DNA from: a virus
Taxonomy: Duplodnaviria; Caudoviricetes
IMG/VR virus record: IMGVR_UViG_3300025084_003379
Span: 1-64,000 of that record
Reading direction: 5' to 3' (one strand)
Length of the DNA: 64,000 bases
Of this stretch, positions 49,801 through 58,464 are shown in pieces. The notes under the pieces were generated by a model that saw only the letters and a list, made by a program, of their open reading frames with translations, ran no database searches and was not told the origin of the DNA. Numbering within the stretch: position 1 is the stretch's first letter; every line of letters begins with the position of its first letter. Both the position numbers and the translations under genes were made by a program.

Positions 49801-50228
49801 TCATCAATAGTGATGGCCATGGTGGTCCACGAGGTGGTGGTCAAGCTATTAAAAATGCAATTAACCAATCAGGTGGTGGTTTCAGTACTAATGGTACAGG
49901 AACTAGTTACGGTAAATTACCTTGGATGGCTACAAATATTACTGTCGGTAGCACAGTTCCAGTCGCGCAAACATCAGGTGAAGTACAGGGTGGATCTCAA
50001 ACTGACCCAGCAGCAGCACATGATACTAATGGAAGTGGTACTCATATGTGGATTAACCTTCATTCAAACCCAGCTAATACTAGACTAGTAGTTGATACTG
50101 ATGGTAATAATGGAACAGCATTAGGCCCAATTAACAATAATGCACCATCAGCCCCTGAAGGAAGTAGAAATGCCATATATCAATCTTATCATAGATTTAC
50201 GTTTACATATGAAATAGCTAACCCTTAA
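46890..50228 (+). CDS. Gly-rich tail fibre / receptor-binding protein with a short collagen segment
   Basis: MAITIQEILASDTISQ...NFNF N-terminus, GPFGPQGLPGPIGGRGERG and a beta-rich Gly/Ser/Thr body. Confidence 0.7.
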   Translation: MAITIQEILASDTISQFVDKVNFNFDQLILNGGGAPGPFGPQGLPGPIGGRGERGTEWYQDLTVSPGTDPNTIIVSPNLLDNDFYLQANGQVWEYDGVNWGITNTNLTGPQGPAGVSIGWDSFGNNPLGTYVQAYQNALYPAIIGGTSGATSGNGGLSSVVIGAISPTDIAFGQAGFNAKFNLSTDMAGNVDTTVMSMLVHQQDSGVSAIKFMGGETGIGDNFEQDDPTLLAGIQLAPDDSLLLTTRKTATAPGSITDTYGIKLNASERGLNLRAGLSIDLTTGVKGGGTSIGGGIETSDLNIELNTMAGGNGAKLNFVSIGAGAANRIQSGGNILLPGAISGIYDGITLIESSIIQVDATEFILLRSNLNATIKSEGALIRLIGDDGAYLNGGGAGGVVIGNDYDGVNTTGALISTLTNDQLGVTIAAGYGAVYNPLSTYQTAKAINLVTDSSSGMGAGNINLNALNPGLGGGIDIDSGANGSGYLSLRSKGQDLSLSTGPDSGGLGGNIKISVDTGTAVEPTPVITIASTSSSGLVPKTAYFGYPSYISNNFDKPAIVISASDGPTGGSGSNNPTIRLGLLGAEVGTGSDPWKRFPGGAMIKGPYAPVSTVGPAINIEQEPESVLHINGGTTASGAYAGGVWIYSPDNASATMPNLPFPNIAPMKSSVRIWGTADTVSTRISNAGETSSGVTIGLNQDEFGASANKGGNNVSGTTHLYGIGYNRGNFNSTGGTGSALVAGLTLNQGLTLTKTSAFQNWPQSPVPDGPYGGVNVGDQYRHRQTFKVWGDYVGDHYISKFGGAYSGPTIQEQTFMSGSQGWSSTVDLYQNADIQPSVAAWTTAGLTPKIPVGFQYRYQWMRVGRVVTGSGLIRFITNRSPLAPNGESSTSNTSIDLYPYWSSLFSTSDYSSLSGSTSPAGLDLPIANVFIGPIPLPMQVSGAGNSTDSSLVTGTLYGAVSNVNISGIATGLINSDGHGGPRGGGQAIKNAINQSGGGFSTNGTGTSYGKLPWMATNITVGSTVPVAQTSGEVQGGSQTDPAAAHDTNGSGTHMWINLHSNPANTRLVVDTDGNNGTALGPINNNAPSAPEGSRNAIYQSYHRFTFTYEIANP

Positions 50229-50240
50229 TATTAATTAAAA

Positions 50241-50483
50241 ATGACAAAGAAAGAAACTAAAGAATTAATAAATTTTGTAGATAGATATAAGGAAATAGAA
50301 ACTTCGATCGATCTAATGCAAAAAAGTATCCAAAGTCTAGCAGAGAAAAGAGATAATCTTTTTGATGAATTAGAGGACATGAAAACTAATGAAAAAAAGT
50401 TTATGGATAAATTAATAAAGAAATATGGAGAGAGTGAAGTTACTCCTTATAAATTATTACAAGTATACGAAAACAGCATATGA
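50241..50483 (+). CDS. Small coiled-coil protein
   Basis: 80 aa with a heptad pattern. Confidence 0.7.
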   Translation: MTKKETKELINFVDRYKEIETSIDLMQKSIQSLAEKRDNLFDELEDMKTNEKKFMDKLIKKYGESEVTPYKLLQVYENSI

Positions 50484-51262
50484 TAATATTAAGAAATATA
50501 TTAGCTATAATAACTGACCCTAAAAATACAAGGATGTTTTTATTAGGTGGTATTGTAGTGTTATGTATTTTGCTGTTAAGACAGTGCCAAGCTACTGATG
50601 ATGCAAAGAATGAAGTTTACCGAGTTGAAAATAATTGGAAAGCATCACTAGACACAATTGAAAATTATATTGATGCTAACGGTAATGCGGTAGCTGAGAT
50701 AATGGCTTTAAATTTATCGATAGAAGAAATTGAAAATGAATTAGAATTTGAAAAAGGAAAACCGCCAATAACTATAATTAAAACCGAGACTGTTATTAAA
50801 GAGGTTATTGTAGAAGTACCTGTGTTTATACTCGATACTGTTATAAATACGGTGATTGGTGATTTTAATTCAGCTTTAACATTTTCAGATAAAAAAGAAT
50901 GGGGTAAAAGTTCTAGAACGATTGATGCTATAATACCTTATGAAACTTCCGATAGTCTTATATCGTTTGGTAATGCTAGTATAGGACTAGAACAAAATAT
51001 ATTTTTAACTGCATCATTAATTAAAGATACTAAATCAAAAGAATTATTTGTAAATCTTTTAACCGATTATCCTGGAACTACATTTAATAGTGCTGAAGGA
51101 ATATTAATTGACCAAAAGAGTAAAGCGTTTAAAAGTTTACAATATGAAAATAGAAAAACATTAGGCTTAGGTTTACAGTTAGGTGTTGGTTTAAGCGGTG
51201 AGCAGATAAGCCCATATGTAGGCATTGGTTTAAATTATACACCAAAGTTTTTACAATGGTAA
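50480..51262 (+). CDS. Putative spanin-like envelope protein
   Basis: N-terminal TM (MFLLGGIVVLCILLL), coiled coil and C-terminal amphipathic beta-hairpin LGLGLQLGVG...PYVGIGLNY...W. Confidence 0.5.
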   Translation: MIILRNILAIITDPKNTRMFLLGGIVVLCILLLRQCQATDDAKNEVYRVENNWKASLDTIENYIDANGNAVAEIMALNLSIEEIENELEFEKGKPPITIIKTETVIKEVIVEVPVFILDTVINTVIGDFNSALTFSDKKEWGKSSRTIDAIIPYETSDSLISFGNASIGLEQNIFLTASLIKDTKSKELFVNLLTDYPGTTFNSAEGILIDQKSKAFKSLQYENRKTLGLGLQLGVGLSGEQISPYVGIGLNYTPKFLQW

Positions 51263-51275
51263 ATAAATAAAAGGA

Positions 51276-52655
51276 ATGGAATCATCTAAATTTATACAAT
51301 TATCCGACGGTATTTTATTAGAGTACATATACACTAGTCAAACTAACCCAACGGAACTTAATACATCCATTTATCCTATAGAGATAATGAGAGATGGTCA
51401 TACTGATGGTAGCTATCTTTTTAATACTGATAGTGTATCTGCAGAGATGGGTAACTATCGTGACATTTCAGCAGCAGCGATTAATAAAAATAAAACACAA
51501 TATGCATATTTAGATACTGATATTGGTGTACCTTATAATGACTTTGATCCTGAGTTAACTGATAGTGCAAATTTACTACAGACATTTAACCCACAGCAAA
51601 ATATAGCATATGATAAAATAAGAGTACATTTTGTTGCAGGGTTTACTTTTACAGGCTATGACGGAATAATATTTGAAACGCTAGTTCCTAGAAGAGATGG
51701 TACTTTACTTAATTTATCTTCTATAAATTTCTTAAAGACTGATACGCCTGTATTTAATCCAGATCCAGTTTTAATTAATGATAATCTTTATGCTACATAC
51801 ATAGAATGGAGAATACCTTCATTATTCTTTATGAATAACAGTTTCAGTAATACTGTACCTAACGGTTTAGGATATCGTTTAACTGAAGGGCAAGGATTTC
51901 TTAGTACACCTACCATTACATTTAAAGCTACTGGTATTTATGAAACGGTTGTTGATAACGGTTATAACTATTATAATGTAGAGGAAATAAATGCAGTAAG
52001 TTTACCTAGTAGAGATATTTATGATAATCTATATGCAAGTGTTGTAGAGGCAGATGGTGGAGATTATTTTGAATTATCTGGTGAAGTAACAGGTTCTACT
52101 TTTTCTAATTTTATTGCTCAGTTAAATTCATCAGGTGGTGACTATGTAGTATTTCATGAAATTAATGTAAGTGAACAAATAAATACTTCATTTGTTAAAA
52201 CTAGTACTCAGGTATTTACACAAACTACTAATTTTGATAATCCTATTTTATTTAGGCCTATTATTTTAAACAGTGCTATTGCTACATCTTTTTCAATTAA
52301 TTACTTATTAAGATTATACAATAGAGCAGATAATACACAGATTTTAAAATCAGCAAAACTAACTTCGTTTGATGTTAAAAAATATGGTAGACGATTAATG
52401 AAAATTAATTTAGGTGTAGTTCCTACTGTTGCTAATGTATATAACCAATTGGCTAATGATGATGGTTCAAATATTATTGTTAATAATGGAGGTGTTGGAA
52501 ATAACCCAGGACAGACATCTACTGAAATAGTTGAACAATTAGTTATAAAAAATAAGTATGTTACTACTTTTAGAGATAGGATAAACGTAAAGGCTGCAAT
52601 TTCACCAGCTAAAATACAAACAATAACAGATACAGAAGATGGCAGTACAAACTAA
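51276..52655 (+). CDS. Hypothetical virion protein
   Basis: 459 aa, beta-rich, preceded by AATAAATAA. Confidence 0.6.
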   Translation: MESSKFIQLSDGILLEYIYTSQTNPTELNTSIYPIEIMRDGHTDGSYLFNTDSVSAEMGNYRDISAAAINKNKTQYAYLDTDIGVPYNDFDPELTDSANLLQTFNPQQNIAYDKIRVHFVAGFTFTGYDGIIFETLVPRRDGTLLNLSSINFLKTDTPVFNPDPVLINDNLYATYIEWRIPSLFFMNNSFSNTVPNGLGYRLTEGQGFLSTPTITFKATGIYETVVDNGYNYYNVEEINAVSLPSRDIYDNLYASVVEADGGDYFELSGEVTGSTFSNFIAQLNSSGGDYVVFHEINVSEQINTSFVKTSTQVFTQTTNFDNPILFRPIILNSAIATSFSINYLLRLYNRADNTQILKSAKLTSFDVKKYGRRLMKINLGVVPTVANVYNQLANDDGSNIIVNNGGVGNNPGQTSTEIVEQLVIKNKYVTTFRDRINVKAAISPAKIQTITDTEDGSTN

Positions 52656-53574
52656 CGAGACAGTTACAGCTAACCAAGCTGAATACTTTAAAAGATTTAC
52701 ATCTCTTAATCCTACAGCAGAACCGTTACCACAAGGCGATGGGCAAATAAGAATTTCACCATTTGATGATTATGTAATTTTTACAATATTTGATGAGACT
52801 GGTGAAAATGGTGACTTAGCAGATTCCCCGATTGATTTGAGTAATGTTGGTACTCTTACTTTGGTTTTTGTTGGTGAAAACGATGAAATACGAATTCCTA
52901 ATTGGACACAAGTTGAAAATGTAGACTTGGCGCAAGGTCAAGTTTTATTTAGAATAGACAAAGAAAATTCAAAAAAGATATTATCATTAGATAATAAAAA
53001 CTTTTACATATCGACTAGAATGGAAGATGAATTTGGTATTAGTGATGAAAGTGTTTTATACACTGGTACGTTTTTAGGTTTAACTGATGCAGCACAAGAA
53101 AGACTAACAACAAAAATGAATGCACAATCATTACTGTATTCTGAAGAGCTATCTAGATTACAGAGTGAAATAGATGAATTGAACACTACATTAGGGCAAA
53201 GAGATCAAACAATATCAGAAATGCTAGCAACATTAAATCTATTAGAGCAATCAAATATTTCATTAAGTGATGAAAACGCTTTACTATATGAACAACTAGG
53301 CCAAGCACAGTCAGATATAATAGCAGCAGAGGCAGCAGCTGCGCAATCATCAGTAACCTCTATTAAATCTCGAATAATACAACAAGCAGGTATAGATGAA
53401 ATAGTGAACAACGCTGCTTCTAATATTAATGATACTTCTTATTGGGAAAACGCATCTGCTTTGAATGAAGAGTTCAATACAGCAAGTAATCCTGTCACCA
53501 GCGATGGTTTACAGGGAACACAGGGAACAACAGGAGGGTCGGGCGTTTTCGACGTTGGCGATCTTCTCTTTTAA
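52639..53574 (+). CDS. Hypothetical virion protein with C-terminal coiled coil
   Basis: 311 aa; heptads LSRLQSEIDELNTTL... Confidence 0.6.
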   Translation: MAVQTNETVTANQAEYFKRFTSLNPTAEPLPQGDGQIRISPFDDYVIFTIFDETGENGDLADSPIDLSNVGTLTLVFVGENDEIRIPNWTQVENVDLAQGQVLFRIDKENSKKILSLDNKNFYISTRMEDEFGISDESVLYTGTFLGLTDAAQERLTTKMNAQSLLYSEELSRLQSEIDELNTTLGQRDQTISEMLATLNLLEQSNISLSDENALLYEQLGQAQSDIIAAEAAAAQSSVTSIKSRIIQQAGIDEIVNNAASNINDTSYWENASALNEEFNTASNPVTSDGLQGTQGTTGGSGVFDVGDLLF

Positions 53575-53609
53575 GTTTCTTAGAAGATCTCGTATAAAAA
53601 TAAAATAAT

Positions 53610-54164
53610 ATGTTACTAAGCGCAAGAAATAATCAGTTTAAATTTGAATTCCCTAGAAATTTTATTCCAAAGGAAATTGCAGATAAGTATAAATCATATT
53701 TAAATCGCATGCCAGGTTCAATGATTAAAGAACCTATAGACTTTTTTAATTACGGTATACAAGCAATGAATTTACCAGGACCTAGCTTTGACCCAGTATC
53801 GCAAAATGACTTTCCAGGTAATACCAGAAAATTTAGAACTAGTTTACCTAAACAAGAACTTTTTGATAAATCGCTAACCGTTACAATGCAAGCCTTTGAT
53901 GGTTGGATTAATTATTGGATGGCTGTTGATGTTTTTGATTATTATTATAAGCAGAGCGGTAAAACTCCATTTGTACCTGAAGGTGTTGGTTTACAGATGA
54001 TTGATGGTGAAGGGCAAATATTTGTAACTGTTCAATTAAAAGATATGATAATGACCGGTGTTAGTGCGTTAGATTTAAACTTCTCAAGTAACACAATTGA
54101 ATTTCAAACATTTGATATTGAATTTAGCTACAACGTTTTAGAAACTATAGTTAACTTAACTTAA
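53610..54164 (+). CDS. Tail-tube-fold protein (gp19/gp3-like)
   Basis: IQAMNLPGPSF, LTVTMQAFDG and FQTFDIEFSY pattern; tube-like size. Confidence 0.6.
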   Translation: MLLSARNNQFKFEFPRNFIPKEIADKYKSYLNRMPGSMIKEPIDFFNYGIQAMNLPGPSFDPVSQNDFPGNTRKFRTSLPKQELFDKSLTVTMQAFDGWINYWMAVDVFDYYYKQSGKTPFVPEGVGLQMIDGEGQIFVTVQLKDMIMTGVSALDLNFSSNTIEFQTFDIEFSYNVLETIVNLT

Positions 54165-54186
54165 TATATAAACAAATAGAAAAGCA

Positions 54187-54543
54187 ATGAAAACATTTAA
54201 AGACTATCTTACAGAATCAACAGATGATTCAGTTAATATACAAAATTTACTAAATGAATCTCACGATTTAACTGAGGAGCAAGAAACTGCTATAGATAAC
54301 GCAGTAGACAGAATTATGGAAGAACATAATAACGGAAAAGATTTAGAAGTTATTATGGAAGAAATAATTAATGAAGGTATATTAGGATCTGTTTTAGGTG
54401 GTCTTACTGGTTTTGCTTTAGGTAAAACAGTAGGAAAGGCCATTGCAAAGGTACTCGGTATTCAAAAAGGAGCCTTGTACGATTTATTAACTAGTCGATT
54501 AATTGGTGCTGCATTAGGCGCAGTATTAGGTAAACGCATTTAA
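54187..54543 (+). CDS. Putative internal head protein with CTS-like N-terminus and glycine-zipper C-terminus
   Basis: MKTFKDYLTE/S; GILGSVLGGLTGFALG...LIGAALGAVLG. Confidence 0.65.
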   Translation: MKTFKDYLTESTDDSVNIQNLLNESHDLTEEQETAIDNAVDRIMEEHNNGKDLEVIMEEIINEGILGSVLGGLTGFALGKTVGKAIAKVLGIQKGALYDLLTSRLIGAALGAVLGKRI

Positions 54544-54553
54544 TTCAATATAA

Positions 54554-55222
54554 TTGATTTACTCAGGTATAGATTTTTCTCTTAATAGTCCAGGTGCATG
54601 TACACAGGACCATAAAGGCAAATACACATTTATTACATTCTTTAATTATGGTAATAGGGTGTGGGATGAAAAGGGTAGAAAAATACCTAAATCATTCTCG
54701 GTTCATAAAGAATTAATGGATAATAAAACAATATTAGGATTCCCTTATTATAGACAAGTTAAAGATAAAGACTTTTTACTTAGGGAACGAGAAAAACTCA
54801 CAGATGGCCAAAACATAGCCGACTTAATTTCAAATATTTTAATAACATTATATGGCACAGAAGATCATAGAGTTGCTTTAGAAGGATTCTCTTATGGATC
54901 AAAAGGTAATTCTTTTATTGACATAGTTCAATATAATACCTTTTTAAGAAACGAAATTGTAAACTCTTGGGGTGTAGAAAATATTTCAATTTATCAACCA
55001 TCACATGTTAAAAAATTAGCAGGTAAAGGTAATGCAAATAAACATTACATGGTAAAGGCATTTCAAGACGATGTTTTTAATGATAGTGATTTAAGGAAAA
55101 CTAAATTGTGGAAATGGACTCAAGGTAAAGACTTTACAGAAAAGATCCCTAAACCAATAGATGACCTTGTAGATGCGTACTTTATATTAAACGCGAATAA
55201 GAAAAAGGAAAGTGAACAGTAA
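54554..55222 (+). CDS. RuvC-like Holliday junction resolvase
   Basis: GIDFSLNSPG, ALEGFSYG and DDLVDAY acidic catalytic motifs. Confidence 0.8.
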   Translation: MIYSGIDFSLNSPGACTQDHKGKYTFITFFNYGNRVWDEKGRKIPKSFSVHKELMDNKTILGFPYYRQVKDKDFLLREREKLTDGQNIADLISNILITLYGTEDHRVALEGFSYGSKGNSFIDIVQYNTFLRNEIVNSWGVENISIYQPSHVKKLAGKGNANKHYMVKAFQDDVFNDSDLRKTKLWKWTQGKDFTEKIPKPIDDLVDAYFILNANKKKESEQ

Positions 55223-55335
55223 AATACTTTATACCTTAAAACCACAATATACTTAAATGCTAGTAATTAGATACTTCTCTTTCTTTAATTAGGTATATTT
55301 TATATATAGAGTTTAGAATTTAGTTTCAGAAAATT

Positions 55336-55602
55336 ATGATAAAGGCAATAAAAAATAGAATATTTCTTAAAAAAGATGAACAACCAGAAAAAATTGGGAG
55401 CATCTATGTACCAAAATCTGAAGGCCAGTATGCACCACCATATTCAGGTGTTATATTATCTGTTGGTGAAGATATAGAAGATTCGGATTATAAAATAGGA
55501 ATGACGGTATTATTTCATGACTTAGCAGGTACTGAATTTACTTACAACGGTGAAAAGATATTTAGTATTAGAGATTCCGATGTAACTGCTATTATAGAAT
55601 AA
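55336..55602 (+). CDS. groES: Co-chaperonin GroES
   Basis: IKAIKNRIFLK...GSIYVP...GVILSVG...KIGMTVLF...G..IFSIRDSDVTAII. Confidence 0.9.
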   Translation: MIKAIKNRIFLKKDEQPEKIGSIYVPKSEGQYAPPYSGVILSVGEDIEDSDYKIGMTVLFHDLAGTEFTYNGEKIFSIRDSDVTAIIE

Positions 55603-55619
55603 TTTTTTTCTGTTTAGTG

Positions 55620-55650
55620 TGAAACTAAATAGAGATATGAATATATAAAT
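55620..55650 (+). promoter_or_regulatory. Overlapping class A and class B promoter motifs for gp32
   Basis: TGAAAC 55620-55625, N18, TATAAA 55644-55649; GAATATATAAAT 55639-55650. Confidence 0.55.
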
Positions 55651-55685
55651 AACAAAGGAACTGATTATTCAGTGACTTATAAACA

Positions 55686-55798
55686 GGCATATAACAAGGC
55701 AAAGTATATTGGCAATTCCCGGGCAAGTTAAATAGGCAGCGCTGCGTTATATCCATTAATTAATAACAAAGTAAAATAAAAAGGCAATTAAAATGGCA
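55686..55798 (+). repeat. Periodic GGCA repeats in the gp32 leader
   Basis: GGCA at 55686, 55698, 55711, 55722, 55735, 55783 and 55795. Confidence 0.75.
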
Positions 55799-56725
55799 AA
55801 TGAATTCGACATTTTCAGTGTAAGCGTCAAGGACCTTGACACTGGAGACAGACCTGCACCAAGCAGCGATCTGTACACACCAAAACCCGATCAGGGACAA
55901 GACGGTACTTACCGTTCACTAATTAGGTTTCTTCCTAATGTAAAAAATCCACGTAAACCTTTCGTTCGTAAATATGTCTATTGGTTAGAAGATAGAGATG
56001 GCAACGGATTTTACGCAGACTCACCTTCAACTGTTGGAGATAAATGTCCGGTACAGGATATGTTCTTTAAACTTAGAAACTCAGAATCTGCTGTAGATAA
56101 AAAGATGTCAGAAGGGCTTAAGCGTAGAGAAGTATTTTATGCATTGGTTCAAATCGTAAAGGATCCACAGAACAGAGATCTTGAAGGCCAAATTAAAGTA
56201 ATGAAATTTGGTTACAAGATTAAGGCTAAGATTGATGAGGAATTAAATCCTCAGTTTGATGAACCAACTCAAGTATTCGATCCGTTTGAAGGAAAGAATT
56301 TTGAATTAGTAATTTCAAAGAAAGGTGGTTATCCTAATTATGATTCTAGTAAATTCCAAGGTAGCCGAACTGCAATGGCAATCGGCGGAGAATCAGTAAC
56401 AACTGATGATGCTGGTAGAACTGCAATTCTTGGTTACATTAAGGATGCACCTGAATTAGGCAACTTTGATTATCGTCCATGGACCGATGAGCAGAGAAAT
56501 AAGGTAATGGGTGTACTATCTCAATTTAGTAATCCTGGTTCCTCTATTGATACTGTAACTCGTAAACAGGCTGCACCGTCTCCTGCAAAATCTGAAAAGG
56601 CAGCGGCGTCAGTAACTGAAACGGCTGTTGCAGGATCTGCTTCCCCGGCGGCAACAGAAACAAAATCAGAAGATTCTTCTAAAGGAGATGATTTTGATGA
56701 TTTCATTAATGGTTTAGATCTTTAA
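55793..56725 (+). CDS. gp32: Single-stranded DNA-binding protein (T4 gp32-like)
   Basis: LIRFLP, CPVQD, VQIVKDP, FGYKIKAKI, FDPFEGKNF, YPNYDSSKF and acidic tail DDFDDFINGLDL. Confidence 0.92.
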   Translation: MANEFDIFSVSVKDLDTGDRPAPSSDLYTPKPDQGQDGTYRSLIRFLPNVKNPRKPFVRKYVYWLEDRDGNGFYADSPSTVGDKCPVQDMFFKLRNSESAVDKKMSEGLKRREVFYALVQIVKDPQNRDLEGQIKVMKFGYKIKAKIDEELNPQFDEPTQVFDPFEGKNFELVISKKGGYPNYDSSKFQGSRTAMAIGGESVTTDDAGRTAILGYIKDAPELGNFDYRPWTDEQRNKVMGVLSQFSNPGSSIDTVTRKQAAPSPAKSEKAAASVTETAVAGSASPAATETKSEDSSKGDDFDDFINGLDL

Positions 56726-56729
56726 TGAT

Positions 56730-57803
56730 ATGGCAACAGAAGTATTAATATCTTCTGATATGAAAGCTCGGATCATCGATAAGGTGGTCCGAGTTCTTCA
56801 TACTAACCATTCTCACCCTGAGAAAAGAAGAATATTAGAAAGTAAGGAAAGATTAAATTTTGCATGTCCTTATTGTGGAGACTCCACAGATTCGGTAAGA
56901 AAGAAGAGAGGTAATCTTTATTGGAATAATTTACAATATCATTGCTATAATTGTTCAGCACACGAAAGTTTAGACGTCTTCCTAAAAGACCACAATGAAA
57001 ACTTCGAAGGTGAAGAAAGAATCAATGTAATTAATTTCATTAAAGAAAACCGTAAAAACTTTTCACTAGGTGAAACTTTAGAGTTTCATTTATTTGAAAT
57101 GGCAAATAATTTATCATTAACATTTGATGAGATTGCATTAGGTTTTAATGTCTATCCAATAAACTCATTAACATATAGAGCATATCCTTATTTAAAAAGT
57201 AGATTACTTCATCATAAAACCGAAAAGTTCGGTTATGATCCAAGACGAAAGGAACTGTATGTATTTAACCTTACACCTAAAGGAAAGATTGTTGGTTTTC
57301 AAGTAAGAGCGTTGGATGACAATAGTGGTCCTAAATATAAAACGTGGAATATTGAAAGAATATATGATAGGCTTAAAAAACCTTTAAAAGTTTCAGAAGA
57401 AGAATTAGATTCTCTTAATAAAATATCAATGATATTCGGTATACTTACTACAGATTTAAGTAGGCAGTTTACTGTATTTGAAGGTCCTATAGATTCATTC
57501 TTTATGTCTAATACAATTGGTCTTACTGGTGTTAAAAAACAAATACTAGATTTTGATGAAATTCCAACTGTTAGATATTTCTTTGATAATGATATTGAAG
57601 GAAAGACTAAAATGATACAAAAACTAAAAAGAGGTAATACTGTTTTTATGTGGGATAAGTTTTTAAAGGATTTTAGAATACCTTCTAAAAAGGTAAAAGA
57701 TTTAAATGATCTAGTTAAATATGAATATAAACATAGGACTGGGTGTTTAAACGAGTTGGATAAATATTTTACAAACAACCATTTAGATCTCATATTCATA
57801 TGA
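56730..57803 (+). CDS. gp61: DNA primase-like protein (gp61 type: Zn finger plus TOPRIM)
   Basis: CPYCGDS...HCYNC, VFEGPIDS, FFDND, KDLND. Confidence 0.82.
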   Translation: MATEVLISSDMKARIIDKVVRVLHTNHSHPEKRRILESKERLNFACPYCGDSTDSVRKKRGNLYWNNLQYHCYNCSAHESLDVFLKDHNENFEGEERINVINFIKENRKNFSLGETLEFHLFEMANNLSLTFDEIALGFNVYPINSLTYRAYPYLKSRLLHHKTEKFGYDPRRKELYVFNLTPKGKIVGFQVRALDDNSGPKYKTWNIERIYDRLKKPLKVSEEELDSLNKISMIFGILTTDLSRQFTVFEGPIDSFFMSNTIGLTGVKKQILDFDEIPTVRYFFDNDIEGKTKMIQKLKRGNTVFMWDKFLKDFRIPSKKVKDLNDLVKYEYKHRTGCLNELDKYFTNNHLDLIFI

Positions 57804-58015
57804 TAAAAAATTATAGTAATTTTGTGACAGAACAGTTTGATGATTTTTATGATGATTTAGAAACTTCTAAGAAAAAACTTAAATTATTTACTAAGTTTAA
57901 AAAAATTGAAGCAGAAGAAGTAAAAACTAGTTTTTCTTTACCTCAGCCTAAAAAGAAGTTTCAACCAAAGATTAAAAATTATAAAAAGATTAATAATAAT
58001 AAAGGAATATTTTAA
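57800..58015 (+). CDS. Small basic protein with CTS-like N-terminus
   Basis: MIKNYSNFVTE/Q; Lys-rich C-terminus. Confidence 0.55.
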   Translation: MIKNYSNFVTEQFDDFYDDLETSKKKLKLFTKFKKIEAEEVKTSFSLPQPKKKFQPKIKNYKKINNNKGIF

Positions 58016-58464
58016 TGGCATTTGACGATACACAAATAAAAGAAGCTAATGAGCAGTTGGAAGGTAGATTAACATCAGATAGAAATGATTGGAAATCAAA
58101 GATTAAAGATCTTGTTTCTAAGCTTAAAAATATGAATGAGCTGGCCGAGTGCCAAGTAAGAATGTTATCATATCGACAAATACTATTAGATAAAGTAACT
58201 GATTTTAAAACTACCATATATAAAAGGAACGCTACTTGGGATAGGTATTATAAACAACAGTACCGAGAATATTCAATTAACTATGATGTTAAGTTAACTA
58301 ACGGTGAAAAGAATCAATTTATAAAAGCAGATCTTTCATCTCTTAGGCAACAAATTGATATGTTACAATCTCATATAGATTATTATTATGAGTGTATTAA
58401 AACATTAGATAATATGGCGTTTGCTATAAGAAACAGAATTAATCTGGATGATAAGGAATTTTAA
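58015..58464 (+). CDS. uvsY: Recombination mediator UvsY-like
   Basis: Helical protein directly before UvsW ending IKTLDNMAFAIRNRI; conserved uvsY-uvsW order. Confidence 0.75.
   Translation: MAFDDTQIKEANEQLEGRLTSDRNDWKSKIKDLVSKLKNMNELAECQVRMLSYRQILLDKVTDFKTTIYKRNATWDRYYKQQYREYSINYDVKLTNGEKNQFIKADLSSLRQQIDMLQSHIDYYYECIKTLDNMAFAIRNRINLDDKEF

Noticed and set aside
57299-57799. 166-aa antisense ORF
   Set aside because: Antisense to the primase TOPRIM region; a codon-mirror artefact.
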